A DNA stretch of 64,000 bases from the NCBI RefSeq assembly GCF_009834535.1, contig NC_045697.1, forward strand, positions 116,562,001 to 116,626,000, given 5' to 3'. The notes beneath the pieces were generated by a model. It did no database searches. It worked only from the letters and a program-made list of their open reading frames with translations, and was not told where the DNA came from. The translations under genes were made by a program, and so were the position numbers. Source of the DNA: Camelus ferus (taxonomy: Eukaryota). Below, piece by piece: positions 11,096 through 25,332 of this stretch; position 1 is the stretch's first letter, and every line of letters begins with the position of its first letter.

Positions 11096-12369
11096 ATTTC
11101 TTTTCCTTATGGACTTACAGGTATTACATATTTTGAGTACTAACTAATGATATATTACGTATGTTTCAATTATCTTCTGTAGTCTGCAGTTTATCTTTGT
11201 GTTTGATTATAGAATCTTCTTGAATAAAAGTTTTTAGTTTGAATGTAATCTTACCAGTCTTTCGTAATAGTGTTTTTTGGGTCGTGCGGAGGACATGTCA
11301 TAAAGATACTCTCCTATCCAAGGTTTAAAAAGTTTGTTTTTAATGTTTAGGTCTTTAATCCACCTGAATTTATTTTTGTTTACAGTTCAGTGTTTGGCTC
11401 TTCAGTGTTTACTGTGGTATAGTTGTTCCTCCAAGTACCTGTTTCAAATGCTGCATGTCACTCAAATACCATGTAAATGCCTAGTTCTGAGCTCCCTGTT
11501 CTGTTCTTCTGATTTATTTGCTTGACCCCATGCTAAGATTCTCTATAACCCCCCCTGTTTTAGCTGTGTCATAAGTGTGATCTGTACTACTTGGGTTTTG
11601 TGTGTGTGGCTTCCTCTCACTGCCCACCTCCCCTGCATGTTTTTTTAAGTTAGAAAAAACATGTTCATTGATTTCTAATTTTATTTAATTGCCATCAGCT
11701 TAGGTTAACCTGTTCTGTGGACACTTTTAGTTAATACCTCTACCAAGACTCATAGCTGCTGGCATCTGAAGTCCCCAGTCCCGCAGTTCAGCTCTGCTTA
11801 TAGTTTCTGTTGCCATGTGTGGTCCACGGAGAAGTTCATCTTATTTCCAAGAATGGCTTTAAAAAAAAAATCATCCCTATTAAAATTTCTTTTTGCTCCG
11901 CTTCATGGGAGAGGTTAGAAAATAGCTCAAAGCATAAACATTTTCTTAAAGACTTAAGAAAAAAATTTTAAGCTTAGTAGCTCATTACCAGTTCTACACA
12001 AACCTCAGTGGACAGCTTACCATTCTGATGATGTAAATTTTTAAAAGCCTCAAGAGGCTGAAGTCAATAAGTTGGAATTTTTAGCAATAATATAGTGTAT
12101 TTGGTTTCAAAAATTCTGGATATGAAATATGCACTATCAGACACTATGCTAGGAGCTGTATCAACATTATTTCATGTAACCATTTTAGCTCTTTGAGGAA
12201 AGTGATGTTATTCCTGTTGACAAAATAGAAAACAGGTGGAGATGAAATAATTTGCCTGAGAATCTTTGATGTCAAAATTAGTATGCTTGTTTATACCACA
12301 CCTAACTGCCTAGCTCTTGGTTAGACTTGTTAATATTCAAGGCTACAATTTTATTTACTCTCCCCATAC

Positions 12370-12740
12370 GTGGCGGCTTATTTTACATGTCAACTTGGCT
12401 AGTACTCATGTATTTTGGTCAGACATTCTCGGTGTTTGTGGGAGGGTGTTTTGGGATGAGATTAACAATTATATTGGTAGCCTGAGTAAAACGGATTGCC
12501 CTCCATAATGTGGATGGGCCTCAGTTCAATCAGTTGAAGGCCCTGGAACAATGGCTCTTCCTGTCTGATGACTTTGAATTTGAACATTGGCTTTTCCTGG
12601 TTCTACAGTAGCTTCTGGCCTTTGGACTTGAACTGGAACACTGGCTCTCCCAATTTTGAACTTACCAGCCTCCATAATCACGTGAACCAATTCCTTACAA
12701 TAAATCTCTTTATGTATATAAATATATATAGTTTTGTTAA
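12370..12740 (+). mobile_element. ERVL MLT2-type LTR
   Basis: Hallmark motifs tgtcaacttggctag, gattgccctccataatgtggatgggcctc, caatcagttgaaggcc, ccttacaataaatctc. Confidence 0.8.
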
Positions 12741-13204
12741 AAGTACCACATTCTTCATGTGGAAAACTTACTGGTATCATGTCAAGTAAGAACAGAAAGG
12801 ACTCCAAGCAAGCTATATTTTTAACAGGATTAAATTTCAGGTAATTTATTTTAAAAGAAATCTATACAATTATGTAGTCAATAAATTTGTGTTTTTTATT
12901 CCAGTATTTCATGTTTCAGACTTTTTTTTTTTGGTGTATGTACAACTACCTGAAAACGTTTGATTCCTGTGTAAATTTGCAAATTATGAAACCAAAAAAT
13001 TTCAGTAGTTCAGAGAGTGAAAGAATAACTAGCTAAAAAGTTCATATCTGATGAACTGACCAACCACGTCAACAGAAGGCAAATTCATTCCTTGATGACA
13101 TCTAGTTTCTCAGTAGAGTCAAAATGGATCATAGAGTAGAGTAAAACAAGCAGACCTTTTTTCCCCGAAGTTCAGTTCCTTTATCAATGCGTCCTAGGTT
13201 TTCT

Positions 13205-14533
13205 GTCTTTTTCCTTAACTGCTTTATTAACATATTAATCCACATAATGTAAAATTCACTATCTAAAATGTACAGTTCAGTGGCTGTAGTATAATTGCAG
13301 GGTTGTCTGTCTACCACTACAATCAATTTTAGAACTTGTTTTTGCCCGGGAAGATAGTTTGTACTCCTTAGGCATCACCTTCCCAACTCTCCCACCCCAG
13401 GAACCTCTAATCTACTTTCTGTCTCTATGAATTTGCTCATGTAAATGGAATCATACAGCTATTTGAACTTTTATGCCTGGCTTATTTCACATTCATCATG
13501 TTCTACCATGTGTCAGAACTTCATCCCTTTTAATGGCTGAATAATATTCCATCATATGTATATACCACGTTTTGTTATCTGTTCATCAGCTGATGGGCTC
13601 TTGGGTTGTTTCCACCTTTTGGCTACTGTGAATAATGCTATAGTGAGTATTTGCATACCGGTATCTGTTTGAATCTTGTTTTCTTTGAGGTATATACCCA
13701 GGAGCGAAATTGCTGTATCATTTGGAAATTCTATGATTAGAGGAACCACCAAACTGTTTTCAACAGTGACTGCATCATTTTACATTCCTACCAATGTAGA
13801 AAGGTTTCAGTCTCATATCCTTGCCAATACTTGTTATTTTCTATTTTTTAAAAAATGATAGATAGCCCTCATAGTAGGTGTGAAGTGTTACCTCATTGTG
13901 GCTTTAATTTGCATTTTCCTAATAATCAGTAATATTGAGCATGCACATTGGCCATCTGTATATCTCCTTCGGAGAAATGTCTACTCAAGGCCTTTACCCA
14001 TTGTTAAAATTTGGTTGCTTGTCTTTTTTTTGTTGAGTTGTAGGAGTTCTTTACGTATTCTGGATATTAAACCCTTCTCAGATATATGATTTGCAAGTAT
14101 TTTCTTCCACTCTGAAGGTTATCTTCACTTTTTTGGATACTGGTCTTTGATACACAAAAGTTTTAAATTTAGATGAAGTCCAGTTAATTCATTTTTTCCT
14201 TCTGTTGCTCATACTTGTGTTGTCATTTCTAAGAATCCATTGCTAAATCCAAGATTTTGAAGATTTCCCATGTATTTTCTTCTAAGAGATTTATGTCATG
14301 GTTAAGTTGTTGATTCATTTTGAGTTAATTTTTGTATATGGTATAAGGTAGGGGGTCCAGATTCATTCTTTTGCATGTGAATATCCAGTTGTCCCAGCAT
14401 CATTTATTGAAAAGACTACTCTTTTCCCATTTGATTGTCTTGGCATCTTAGTTGAAAATCAGTTGACTGTAAATATGAGGATTTTATTTCTGAACTATCA
14501 ATTCTGTTCTACTGATCTAAATGTCTATCCTTT
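13205..14533 (-). mobile_element. Old L1 (L1MA/MB-like) ORF2 end and 3'UTR, 5'-truncated
   Basis: ORF2 C-terminal remnant (...IALFTVAKRWKQPKSPSADE...) followed by an L1 3'UTR with AATAAA. Confidence 0.85.
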
Positions 14534-14987
14534 TAGCTTTTCTGATTCATTCATTTGCAATACTTTTATTCTCTTTTTACATTCCCATATAATGGTGCTC
14601 ATTTAAAGCAAAAAGACAACTGGGCAGGAAGTGACAGAGAGGTGCTGTTTTGAGTTACTATCAAAGCATCTTTTCTCATAGTAACGAATATCAGTATTCG
14701 CTCTTAAGTGTATGGAGACTTGAAGAGAGGTAAGATGGCTTCTTAAAACAAAACATCTATATTTTGCGAACAATCAGGCATTTTCTCTGATGCTAGTATT
14801 TGATTATTCTGAAACCTTAAATTTAAATCATACACCATGATTCTTATGTTTGCTGATAAGCAAGACAGACAAAGCTCTACCTTAAACTAGGAGCTGCCAG
14901 TGGACTTTGTATATTCTTATAGTTAAATACAATTTAACATTGGAGTTTTAAAAAATTCTGTAGTGTCTCCTCCTAGGAATTTACCGC

Positions 14988-15040
14988 AGTGAATACTCAG
15001 TAAACGAATGTGTGCATAGTGAGTACTCAGTAAACGAATG
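14988..15040. repeat. 30-bp-period tandem duplication in the RXFP1 3'UTR
   Basis: agtgaatactcagtaaacgaatg / agtgagtactcagtaaacgaatg; resembles an L2 3' end. Confidence 0.8.
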
Positions 15041-15306
15041 GTAAAAGAATGAACGAACCTTCCTGAAGTAGAATTCTCTTAATTTCCTGTACAAAATATG
15101 TACTAGAATATACACATTATCAATATAATTTATTTACCTTTTTATGGGCATCAGTCATTTTGATTTTTCCCAAATAACCTCATGTCCTTGTAAGCTAGTT
15201 TACTTTAGCCATTATTATAAATTATTTTGTGTCATTTATTTTATACTAATAAATCCATCATGAAGTATCCCACAGTGTTCTCTGTAGAAATGGGTTTCGG
15301 AGTCAG

Positions 15307-15608
15307 TTATGAATAAGAATTGAGTCTAGTTGATTGAGAGATTAGTGACAATTCACAGGGGTCTGTGAAGAGAGCTGGCTTCATTAACTCAGAGGGCACC
15401 TCCTGCAGGGGCCACATCTCTACCCAGATGAACGATGGAGTATATGTTTTCTGACTTCCTTTGCTGTCAAGAGATCTTCTTTGTCTATAGTTGTACCAAA
15501 ACTGATGGATCATTTCTTTGAATGGTCTTGTGGTCAGAGTATAGAGAATCGGGTTCAAAGCACTGTTGATAGGCAGAATAAAAATCACCACCCAAGAGGT
15601 TATGGTAC
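15307..15608 (-). CDS. RXFP1: RXFP1 exon 18 (ECL3 end, TM7, C-tail, stop)
   Basis: GTITSWVVIFILPINSALNPILY...QSTRLNSYS*; CAG acceptor; 302 nt. Confidence 0.97.
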
Positions 15609-16339
15609 CTGGAGGAGAAAAATGAAACACCTTAAATGTTTATGGATGTTTACAAGGTATAGAAACACCTTTTCCCTGTTTCTCCCTCAGCTGTCTTTTG
15701 AGTCTTAATTTTCCCCCTTGATGTCCCATAATTAAATACCAAGTCTATATGTGTTTCCAGAATATATTTTTCCAGGGTGCCAGTGTTTTGAGGGAGGTGC
15801 TGACACTGCAAAAACACAGGTTTTTGCTAAGTAGCTTTTCTTGAATACACCAACAAAAGTATTCCATTAGATAGAGATATTTTCTGCCAAGTGATTACAT
15901 ATTAGTCTGATATGATTCCAGTTTAGGAAAAACAATGTTTAACATTTAAATCATACTTTTTCAAATGTTTTAATTACTAGATAGTACATGTAGTATTTCT
16001 CAAAAATATATAGATGTATCTCTAATAGATTTTTTTTCCCCTACTGTTTGGTTTTTAAACAAGTATGCATTTTTAGGCTTTTGACCAGATATTTATTTCA
16101 GTAAAAACATCTTTGGCTAACTTTATCTTAAAATCACTGTAGTATATATGCAACTACCAAATGCTCAGATTTTTATTGTAATTCAGTGTATGCTATCTTC
16201 CTTCTTTATTACTTATAAAATGTAAGGCACTACCACCAACAACCATGGGATAAAGCAAAATTAAAATTGTATGTTTATAAATTTTTAAAATGTGATTATA
16301 TATCGCATTATACATACAGTAAAGAGGATTTTACACATT

Positions 16340-17040
16340 TTTTTATCGTGGTAAAATATAAATAACATAAAATTTTCCATTTTAACCCTATTTAAGTGTA
16401 TAGTTCAATGGCATTTCATTACATTGTTGTACACCACCATCCATCTCCTGAACTTTTTCATTTTCCCAAACTGAAAACTGAAACTCTGTACCTTTAAACA
16501 GTAACTTCCCACACCCTCTTCCCCTCAACCCCTGACAGCACCATTTACAAACTTTTTGTCTCTGTGAATTTGACTACACTAGTTACCTCATATAAATGGA
16601 CTCATACAACATTTGTTTGTGACTGGCTTATTTCAGTAGCATTGTGTCTTCAAATTCTATCCGTGTTGTAGCATGTGTCAGAATTTCATCCCTTTAAAGG
16701 CTGAATTATAATTCCTTGTGTATATGTAACACATTTGGTTTAACTTTGTCCATTGATGGACACTTGGGTTGTTTCCATATTTTGGCTGTTAGGAACATGC
16801 ATACATGAATATGTTTAATTCCCTGCTTTCAGTTCTTTTAGGTATATACTAAGAAGTAGAATGGCTGGGTCATATTGTTATTCTACATTTAATTTTCTAT
16901 GGTGGAGGACCCACCATACTGTTTTCTACTGCAGTTGTGCTATTTTACATTCCCATCAGTATGAGTTCCAATTTCTCCACATCCTCACCAATAGTTGTTT
17001 TTTTCTTTGTTTTTGATAACAGCCATCCTAGTGAGTGTGA
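16340..17040 (-). mobile_element. Old L1 3' end (L1MB-like)
   Basis: Homologous to 33300-33960 in the opposite orientation. Confidence 0.8.
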
Positions 17041-17349
17041 TACACACTATTTTTAAATATCAAGAGTGCTTTTATCATCTCTCACTCTGGGGTAATGTTC
17101 TCTAAATTGCTCTGTATTCTAGGAAGAAAATTTTCCTATGTTCTGAAAAAAGTGAAGTAATTATTTGATAATCACTTTGACTTGTTTTCTTTTCTGGTCA
17201 TCTCAAGCATGGGATTATCAGAATTTCAACACACTGAGCATAATTTATGTGAGTCGTTGTTCCTTTGCTCCCAGAGTGATTGTGTTTTTGGCATCTGTGG
17301 AAAGACTTGAACAAGGCAGCAGCCACTGGCATGTGCTGGGAGAATCTGT

Positions 17350-20300
17350 CCCCACCACACCCCCACCCCGTGCTCTGGCTCTGGCCCCTCTGGCTCCAGT
17401 CCCCCATCCCCAAGGTAGCAGCTGCCAATGTACCCCGGGAGAATTCCCCTGGCTCACATGGGACTCTGACTCTAGCCCTTTCATCTCCAGCCCCCAACCC
17501 TACACCAAGGCAATGGCCTTGGCATGTTCCAGAAAAAGCTCTGCCCTATGTTTGTTTCAGACCCAGCACTCCCACCAGAGCCACTGGGCACACGCAGACA
17601 ACATAGGGTGCTCCCGCACGAGGACACATGTCAAAACCAGAAGTAACTGTTACAACTGATTTCACAAAGTGAGACAAAATGAGGAGACAGAGGAATATAT
17701 TCCAAATTAAAGACCAAGATAAACCCCCCCGCCCCCAACTCTACAAAAATGGAGATAAGTGATTTTCTTGACAAACAGTTCAAAGCAATGGTCATAAAAA
17801 TGCTCACACAACTCGGGAAAAGAATAGAGGAACACATAACTTTAACAAAGAATTAGAAAAGATAAAAAACCACTCAGAGCTGAAGATTACAAAAGCTGAA
17901 GTGAAAAGTACACAAGAGGGAATCACAGTAGATTAGATGATACAGAAGAATGCTTAGCAACCTGGAGGACAGAATAGTGTAAATCACCCAATCAGAACAG
18001 CAGGAAGAAAAAGTAATTTAAAAAAATGAGGCTAGTTTAAAGGACCTCTGAAACAATAACAAGTATACTAATATTTGTATTATAGGGGTCCCAGAATGAG
18101 AAAAGTGAAGGAAAGGGGCAAAAAAAAAAAGAAACACATTTGATTAAATAATGACTGAAAATTCCTCTAGCCTGATAAAACATATATCCTGACCCAGGAA
18201 GCACAGAAAGTCCCAAACAAAATGACCCCAAAAAGATCCACACAAGACATATAATTAAAGTGGCAAGAGTTAAAGAGAAAATTTTGAAGGCAGCAAGAAA
18301 AAAACCCAAGAGTCACATATAAGGGAACCCTTATGAGGAAGGCTACTAGCTCATTTTTCAGTGGAAATTTGCAGGTCAGAAAGAAGGTGCATTATATAGT
18401 TAAAGTGATGAAAGAAAAAACTTGCAACCAAGGATACTCTGTCTGGTAAGGTTATCATTCAGAACTGAAGGAGCACTAAAGAGTTTCCCAACAAGCAAAA
18501 ACTAAAAAAGTTCATCACCACTAAACCATCCTTGTAAGAATGGTTTTTAAGTGGAAAAGAAAAGGCCATAATAAATAATAAACTAGATGAAGGAAAAAAG
18601 TCTCACTGATAAAGGCAAATATATATTAAAGGCAGTGGATCAGCTACTTAAAAGAGCTAGTATGAAGTTGAAAAGATGAAAGTTGTGAAAGCAACTATAA
18701 GTACAATAAATAGTTAAGGGATACACATAAAGATGTAAACTATGACATCAAAACAAAACTCAGGAGGGGGATAAAACATAGAGCTTTTAGAATGTGCTCT
18801 AAGTTAAACCGTCAGGTTACAAGTCTCTCAGCCTCTCTCTCTTTCTCTCTTTAATGGTAACTGCAAACCATAAATCAACAACAGATACACAAAAAACAAA
18901 GAGAAAGAGACCCAAACATGACACTAAATGAAATCATTAAACCACAAGAGAGGATGCTAAAAGAAGAAAAGAACAAGCAAGAGTTACAAAACAACCAGAA
19001 AACAAACAGCAACGTGGCAATAAGTACATACTTATCAACAATCACTTTAAATACAAGTGGACTGTATGCACCACAAAAAAGACATAGAGTGGCTAAATGG
19101 ATTAAAAACAAGCACCATCTAAGTGCTGTCTACAAAAGACTCACTTCAGAGCAAAAACACATATGGACTGAAAATGAAGGGATGGAAAAACATATTCTAT
19201 GCAAATGGAAATGAAAACTGGATTAGCAATACTTAAATCAGACAAAATAGACTTTACAGTCTATAACAAAAACCAGAAAAGGGCATTATATAATGATAAA
19301 GGGGGTAAACCCAAGAAGAGGCTATAACATTTGTAAACATATATGCACTTACCATAGGAGCACCTAAATATGTAAAGTAGCTGTTACTAGACATAAAGGG
19401 AGAAACTGACAGTAATACAATGATAGCAAGGACTTTAATACCTTTAATTAATACTTTAATTCACATCAATTGCTAGATCATCCAGATAGAAAATCAACAA
19501 GAAAACTGGCTTTAAGTGACACGTAATACCAGATAGACTTAATAAATGTCTACAGAACATTTCGTTAAAAAACAACAGATTATGCAGTCTTCTTAAGTGC
19601 ACATACAACATTCTCCAGGAGATACCACATGCTAGGCCACAAAACAAGTCTCCAAAAATTTAAGAAGATTGAAATAATATCAAGCATCTTTCTAACCACA
19701 ATACTATGAAAGTAGAAATCAATTACAGGAAGAAAGCTGGGAAACACAAACATGTGGAGACTAAACAACATGCTACTAAAAAACCAATGGGTCAACAAAG
19801 AAATCAAAGAGGAAATAAAAATACCTTAAAATGAATGAAAATAGAAAGACAATACTTCAGAATCTATGGGACACAGCAAAAGCAGTTCTAAAAGGGAAGT
19901 TTATACTGATTCAAAGCTATTTCAAGAAACAAACAAAAAAATCTCAAATAGACAACCTAACCTTACACCTTAAGGAACTAGAGAAAGAACAAACAAAACA
20001 CAAAGTTACTAGAAGGAAGGAAATAATAAAGAGCAGAGCAAAAATAAATGAAATAGAGACTAAAAAAAAAAAAAAAGTCAATGACACTAAAAGCTGTTTT
20101 TTTTTGAGAAGATGAAAGATGGATAAATTTTTACCCAGACTCATTAAGAAAAAAAGAGACAGAACTCAAATAAATAAAATTAGAAATGGAAAAAGTCAAA
20201 GTTAACAACTGATACCATAGAAATACAATCATAAGAGAACACTACTAACAGTTATATTCCAATAAATTGGACAATCTACAAGAAATGGATAAATTCCTAA

Positions 20301-23300
20301 AACATACAATCTTACAAGGGTGCATCAGGAATATATAAGGAAAAAGGTATTCCATGCAAATGGAGATCAAAAGGAAGCTGGAGCCACAATACGTATAGCA
20401 AATAAAATACACTAAAATATTGTTATAACAGATGAGGACACTACATAATGATCAAAGGATCAACCCAAGAAGATATAACAATTGTAACTATATATGCATC
20501 CAGCAGAGGAGCACCTAAATGAATAAGGCAAATACTAACAGACGTGGAAGGAGAAATTGACAGTAACACAATTATATTAGGGAACTTTAAAACCCCACTT
20601 ACATCAATGGACAGATTATCCAGATGAAAAATCAATAAGGAAATACTGGCCTTAAATGATACATTAGACCAGATGGACTTAATTGATACATAGAGAGCAT
20701 TCTATCTGGAAGCAGCAGAATACACATTCTTTTCAAGAGCACACAGAACATTTTCCAGGTCACAAAACAAGCCTAGACAAATTTAAGAATATTGAAATTA
20801 TATCAAGCATCTTTTCTGACTACAATGCTAAGAGACTAGAAATCAACTGCAAGAAAAAAAATGCTGAAACCACAAACACGGGAGGCCAAACAATATGCTA
20901 TAAAAACCCAATGGATCACTTAAGAAGTCAAAGAGGAAATAAAAAAATACTTTGAGACAAATGAAAATGAGAACACAATGATCCAAAACCTATGGGATGC
21001 AGCAAAAACAGTTCTAAGAGAGAAGTTCATAAAAATACAAGCTTACCTCAGGAAACAAGCAAAATCTCAAATAAACAACCTAACCTTACATGTAAAGCAA
21101 CTAGAGAAAGAGGAATAAATAAAACCCCAGGTTAGTAGAAGGAAATAAATCCTAAGGATTAGAGCAGAAATAAATGAAACAGAGACTAAAAAAAAAAAAA
21201 TAGAAAAGGTCAATGAAACTAAAAGCTGTTTCTTTGAAAAGATAAACAAAACTGATAAATTTTTAACCAGACTCATCAAGAAAAAAAGGGAGAGGGCCCA
21301 AATCAGTAAAATCAGAAATGAAAAGGGAGATGATATAACCGACACCACAGAAACAGAAAGGATCTTAAGAGAATATTATGAACAACTATATGCCAACTTA
21401 GAAGAAATGGACAAAATCTTAGAAAGGTACAATCTTCCAAGATTGAGCCAGGAAGAAATAGGAAATATGAACAGGCCAATTCCCAGTAATGAGATTGAAC
21501 CAGTAATTTAAAAACTCCAAAGAAACAAAAGTACAGGACAAGCTGGTTTTATAGGTGAATTCTAGCAAACATTCAAGGAACAGTTAACACCTATGCTTCT
21601 GAAACTATTCCACAAAACTGCAGAGGAAAGAACACTTCTAAAGTCATTCTATGAGGCTAGATACCTGATACCAAAACCAGACAAAGATATCATAAAAAAA
21701 AAAGAAAATTACAAGCCAGTATCACTGATGAATATAGATGCAAAAATCCTCAACAAAATATTAGCAAAATGAATCCAACAACACATTAAAAAGATCATAC
21801 ACCATGATCAAGTTGGATTCATCCCACAGTCACAAGGATGATTCAGTATCTGCAAATTAATCAGTCTTATACACCACATTAACAAATTGAAGAGTGAAAA
21901 CCATATGATCATCTCAATAGATGCATAGAAAGTATTTGACAAAGTTCAACATCCATTTGTGATAAAAACTCTCCAGAATGTGGGCATAGAGGGAACATAC
22001 TGCAACATAAAAAAGGCCATATATGACAAACCCATGACTAACTGTATTCTCAGTGGTGAAGAGCTGAAAGCACTTCCTCTAAGACCAGGAACAAGACAAG
22101 GATGCCCACTCTTGCCACTTTTAGTCTACATAGTTTTGGAAGTGCTAGCCACAGCAATCAGAGAAGAAAAAGAAATAAAAGGAATCCAACTGGAAAGGGA
22201 GAAATAAAACTGTCACTGTTTACAGATGACATGATACTATACATAGAAAATCCCACAGATGCCACCAGAAAACTACTAGAGCTCATCAATGAATTCAGTA
22301 AAGTTGCAGGATACAAAATTAACATATAGTAACTGGTTACATTTCTCCTCACCAATAATGAGCTATCAGAAAGTGAAATTAAGAAAATAATCCCCCTTAC
22401 AATCAAATCAAGAAGAATAAAATACCTAGCAATAAATGTTACCAAGGAGCTGAAAGAAATGTACTCTGAAAACTATAAGGCATTGATGAAAGAAAATGAA
22501 GACATCAAATAAGTGGAAAGATACACTGTGTTCTTGGATTGGAAGAATTAATATTGTTAAAATGTCCATACTGCCCAAAGCAATCTACAGAGTCAATGCA
22601 ATCCCTATCAAAATATCCATGGCATTTTTCAGGGAGCTAGAACAAATAATTCTAAACTTTGTATAGGACCACAAAAAAAAAATGGAATAGCTAAAGCAAT
22701 CTGGAGAAAGAAGAACAATGCTAGAAGTATCACACTCCCTGACTTCACACTATACTACAAAGCTATGGTAATCAGAACAGTATAGTACTGGCACAAAAGC
22801 AGACAGAGAGCTCAATGGAACCCATGCACTTATGTTCAATTAGTCTATAACAAAGGAGGCAAGACTATAGGATATGGAAAAGAGAGTCTCTTCAATAAAT
22901 GATGTTGGGAAAGCTGGACAGTTACATGTAAAAGAATGAAATGAAAACAAGTTTCTCATGCCATACACAAAAATAAACTCAAAATGGGTTTAAGATTTAA
23001 ATATAAGACCTGAAATCATAAAAGGCCTGGAAGAAAATAAGATGTATGCTTTTTGCCGTCAGTGTTAGCAGAATTTTTGGATGTCTCCTCAGTCAAGGGA
23101 AACAAAAGCAAAACTAAACAAATGGGACTTACCTAAATTAAAAAACCTTTTGCCCAGCAAAGGGAACCATCAATAAAATGAAAAGCAACCTACCGAATGG
23201 GAGAAGATATTTGCAAGTGATGTGACCGATAAAGGGTTATTATCCAAAATATATAAAGACCTCATACAACTTAACATCAAAAAAACAAAAATCTGTTTAA

Positions 23301-24185
23301 AAAATGAGACCACCTGAATAGGCATTTTCCCAAAGAAGACATACAGATGGCCAGCAGACACATGAAAAGATGCGCAACATCGCTAATCATCAGGGAAATG
23401 CAAATCAAAAGCACAATGAGACATCCCTCACACCTGTAAGAATGGGTATCATCAAAAAGACAAGAAATTACAAGTACTGATGAGGATGTGGAGAAAAGAG
23501 AACCCTTGTACACTGTTGGTGGGAATGTAAATTGGTGCAGCCACTATGGAAAACAGTATGAAGGGTCCTCAAAAAATTAAAAATAGAATTACCATATGAT
23601 CTAGCAGTTCCACTCCTGGGTATTTATCTGAAGAAAATGAAAACACTAATTGGAAAAGATACATGCATCCCAATGTTCATTGCATTATTTACAATTGCCA
23701 AGATGTGGAAACAACCTAGATGTCCATCAGCAGATGAATGGATAAGGGAGATGTGATGTATATACTACTCAGCCATAAAAAAGAAAAAAATCTTATTTGC
23801 AGCAACATGGATGGACCTGGAGGGTATTATGCCTAGTGAAATAAGTCAGAGAAAGACAAATACAGTATATTTTCATATATATCTAAAGAACAAAACAAAT
23901 GTAACAAAACAGAAACAGACTCACAGATATAGAAAACAAACTAGTAGTTACCAGACAGGGGAGGGGGAGGTAAAATAGGTGAAGGATATTAAGAGTTCCA
24001 AGCTACCAGTTATACAATAAATAAGTCAGAGTTACAATGTATAGCACAGATAATATAGGTAGTATTTTATATTAACTTTGTATGTTGGTAATCTATAAAA
24101 ATATTGAGTCACTATGTTGTACACCTGAAACTAATGTAGTATTGTAAGTCAACTATACTTCAATACATTAAAAATTTAAAAAGAA
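17350..24185 (+). mobile_element. Near full-length decayed chimeric L1 in RXFP1 intron 17 (antisense to the gene)
   Basis: Partial 5'UTR, ORF1 ATG at 17679, ORF2 EN (LNTSGLYAPQKRHRVAKWI), RT ([17 protein letters not shown]), 3'UTR and A tail. Many stops; EN/linker region present twice. Confidence 0.93.
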
Positions 24186-24446
24186 AAGTATATCATTTAA
24201 GACAAAAATTTAATTTACAAGTAACTCATATTAATCTAAAAATAAAATGGAATGGCTTAGGGAAAAAAAAGAACTGGACAGCTTCCTGCCAATAAACATT
24301 TTATTGATGAACAGAGCTTTAAGTATATATAACTCTGACTTATACTTCTTGAGATGTGTTAGTGTTAGGGATCATAAGTGTCTTTCTTAGAGAAACTCTG
24401 TAGAAAGAGATTTATTTTTTCTTTACAGAAAGAAAAAAAATTGTAC

Positions 24447-24665
24447 CTGGTATTTCTACCTGAAGCAATGAAAGAAATTTCAGTACAAAGATGGGCATCC
24501 AACATAAGGCATCAGTAAATACAATAAAGAAAAACCGTTTGGCTAAGATCATCTCTTTTCTAACTTGATTCCGAACTTCAGTGGCTGTTAGGGCGCTTTG
24601 ATGAACGCTGTAAAACATGCTTCCATAGGAAAAAACTATGATGATAAACGCTGCCAAATTAATAC
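24447..24665 (-). CDS. RXFP1: RXFP1 exon 17 (TM5-ICL3-TM6)
   Basis: [18 protein letters not shown]...[22 protein letters not shown]; 219 nt; TAG acceptor, GTAC donor. Confidence 0.97.
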
Positions 24666-25332
24666 CTATGAAGGACACAAAGTTTACTATTCATGAATAT
24701 GAACATTTTCAAAACAAATAAACATTCTCTTAGCAGTTATTACAAAGAAGATACAAAGACCACAATGTGTTTTCTGTTCTTCGTAAGAATGACTAAAGTA
24801 CAAAAATCATGAATTAAAAAATTTAAATATCATTGAAGTAATAAACAATGATGAAATGTTTAATTTTAAAATGGCATATTAAAATTAGATTATAGCCATT
24901 CAGTGAATATCTTGGGCTTATTAAATTAATCTTCCTCATATTAATTTTTTGGTAATTCAACTATTTTAAGCTCTACTTTGAAAATGTTTTCACAAGAGAA
25001 AACACTTGTTTGTCTACTCTCAAGCCAAAGAGTTGTGTGACTACTTTGAATTTGTTCATGTTATAAAGGCAGAGTTAAAATATATTTTGCTTAGTATTGT
25101 TAGAGTGAATGCGTGAAAGGCAAGTGTTTAGTAGCTTGTCTAAATTAATATGATAAGGTGGTAATTTAGAAAACAGATCCCTTCAGGAGATTCTGATACA
25201 ATCCACCCCAGTGTCACTTTCGCTTAGAAGATCTGAGATAAAAAGCTGTAAACGTTAGAAGGTATCATGAGAGTCCTACTGGGATGTATTCTAACATTAG
25301 AATGAAAGCGCTTATCAGACAGAATTTCTTAC

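Noticed and set aside
17350..24185. Active L1, or host genes among the short ORFs inside it
   Set aside because: ORF1 and ORF2 carry many stops and frameshifts; the hydrophobic minus-strand ORFs are antisense L1 artefacts.
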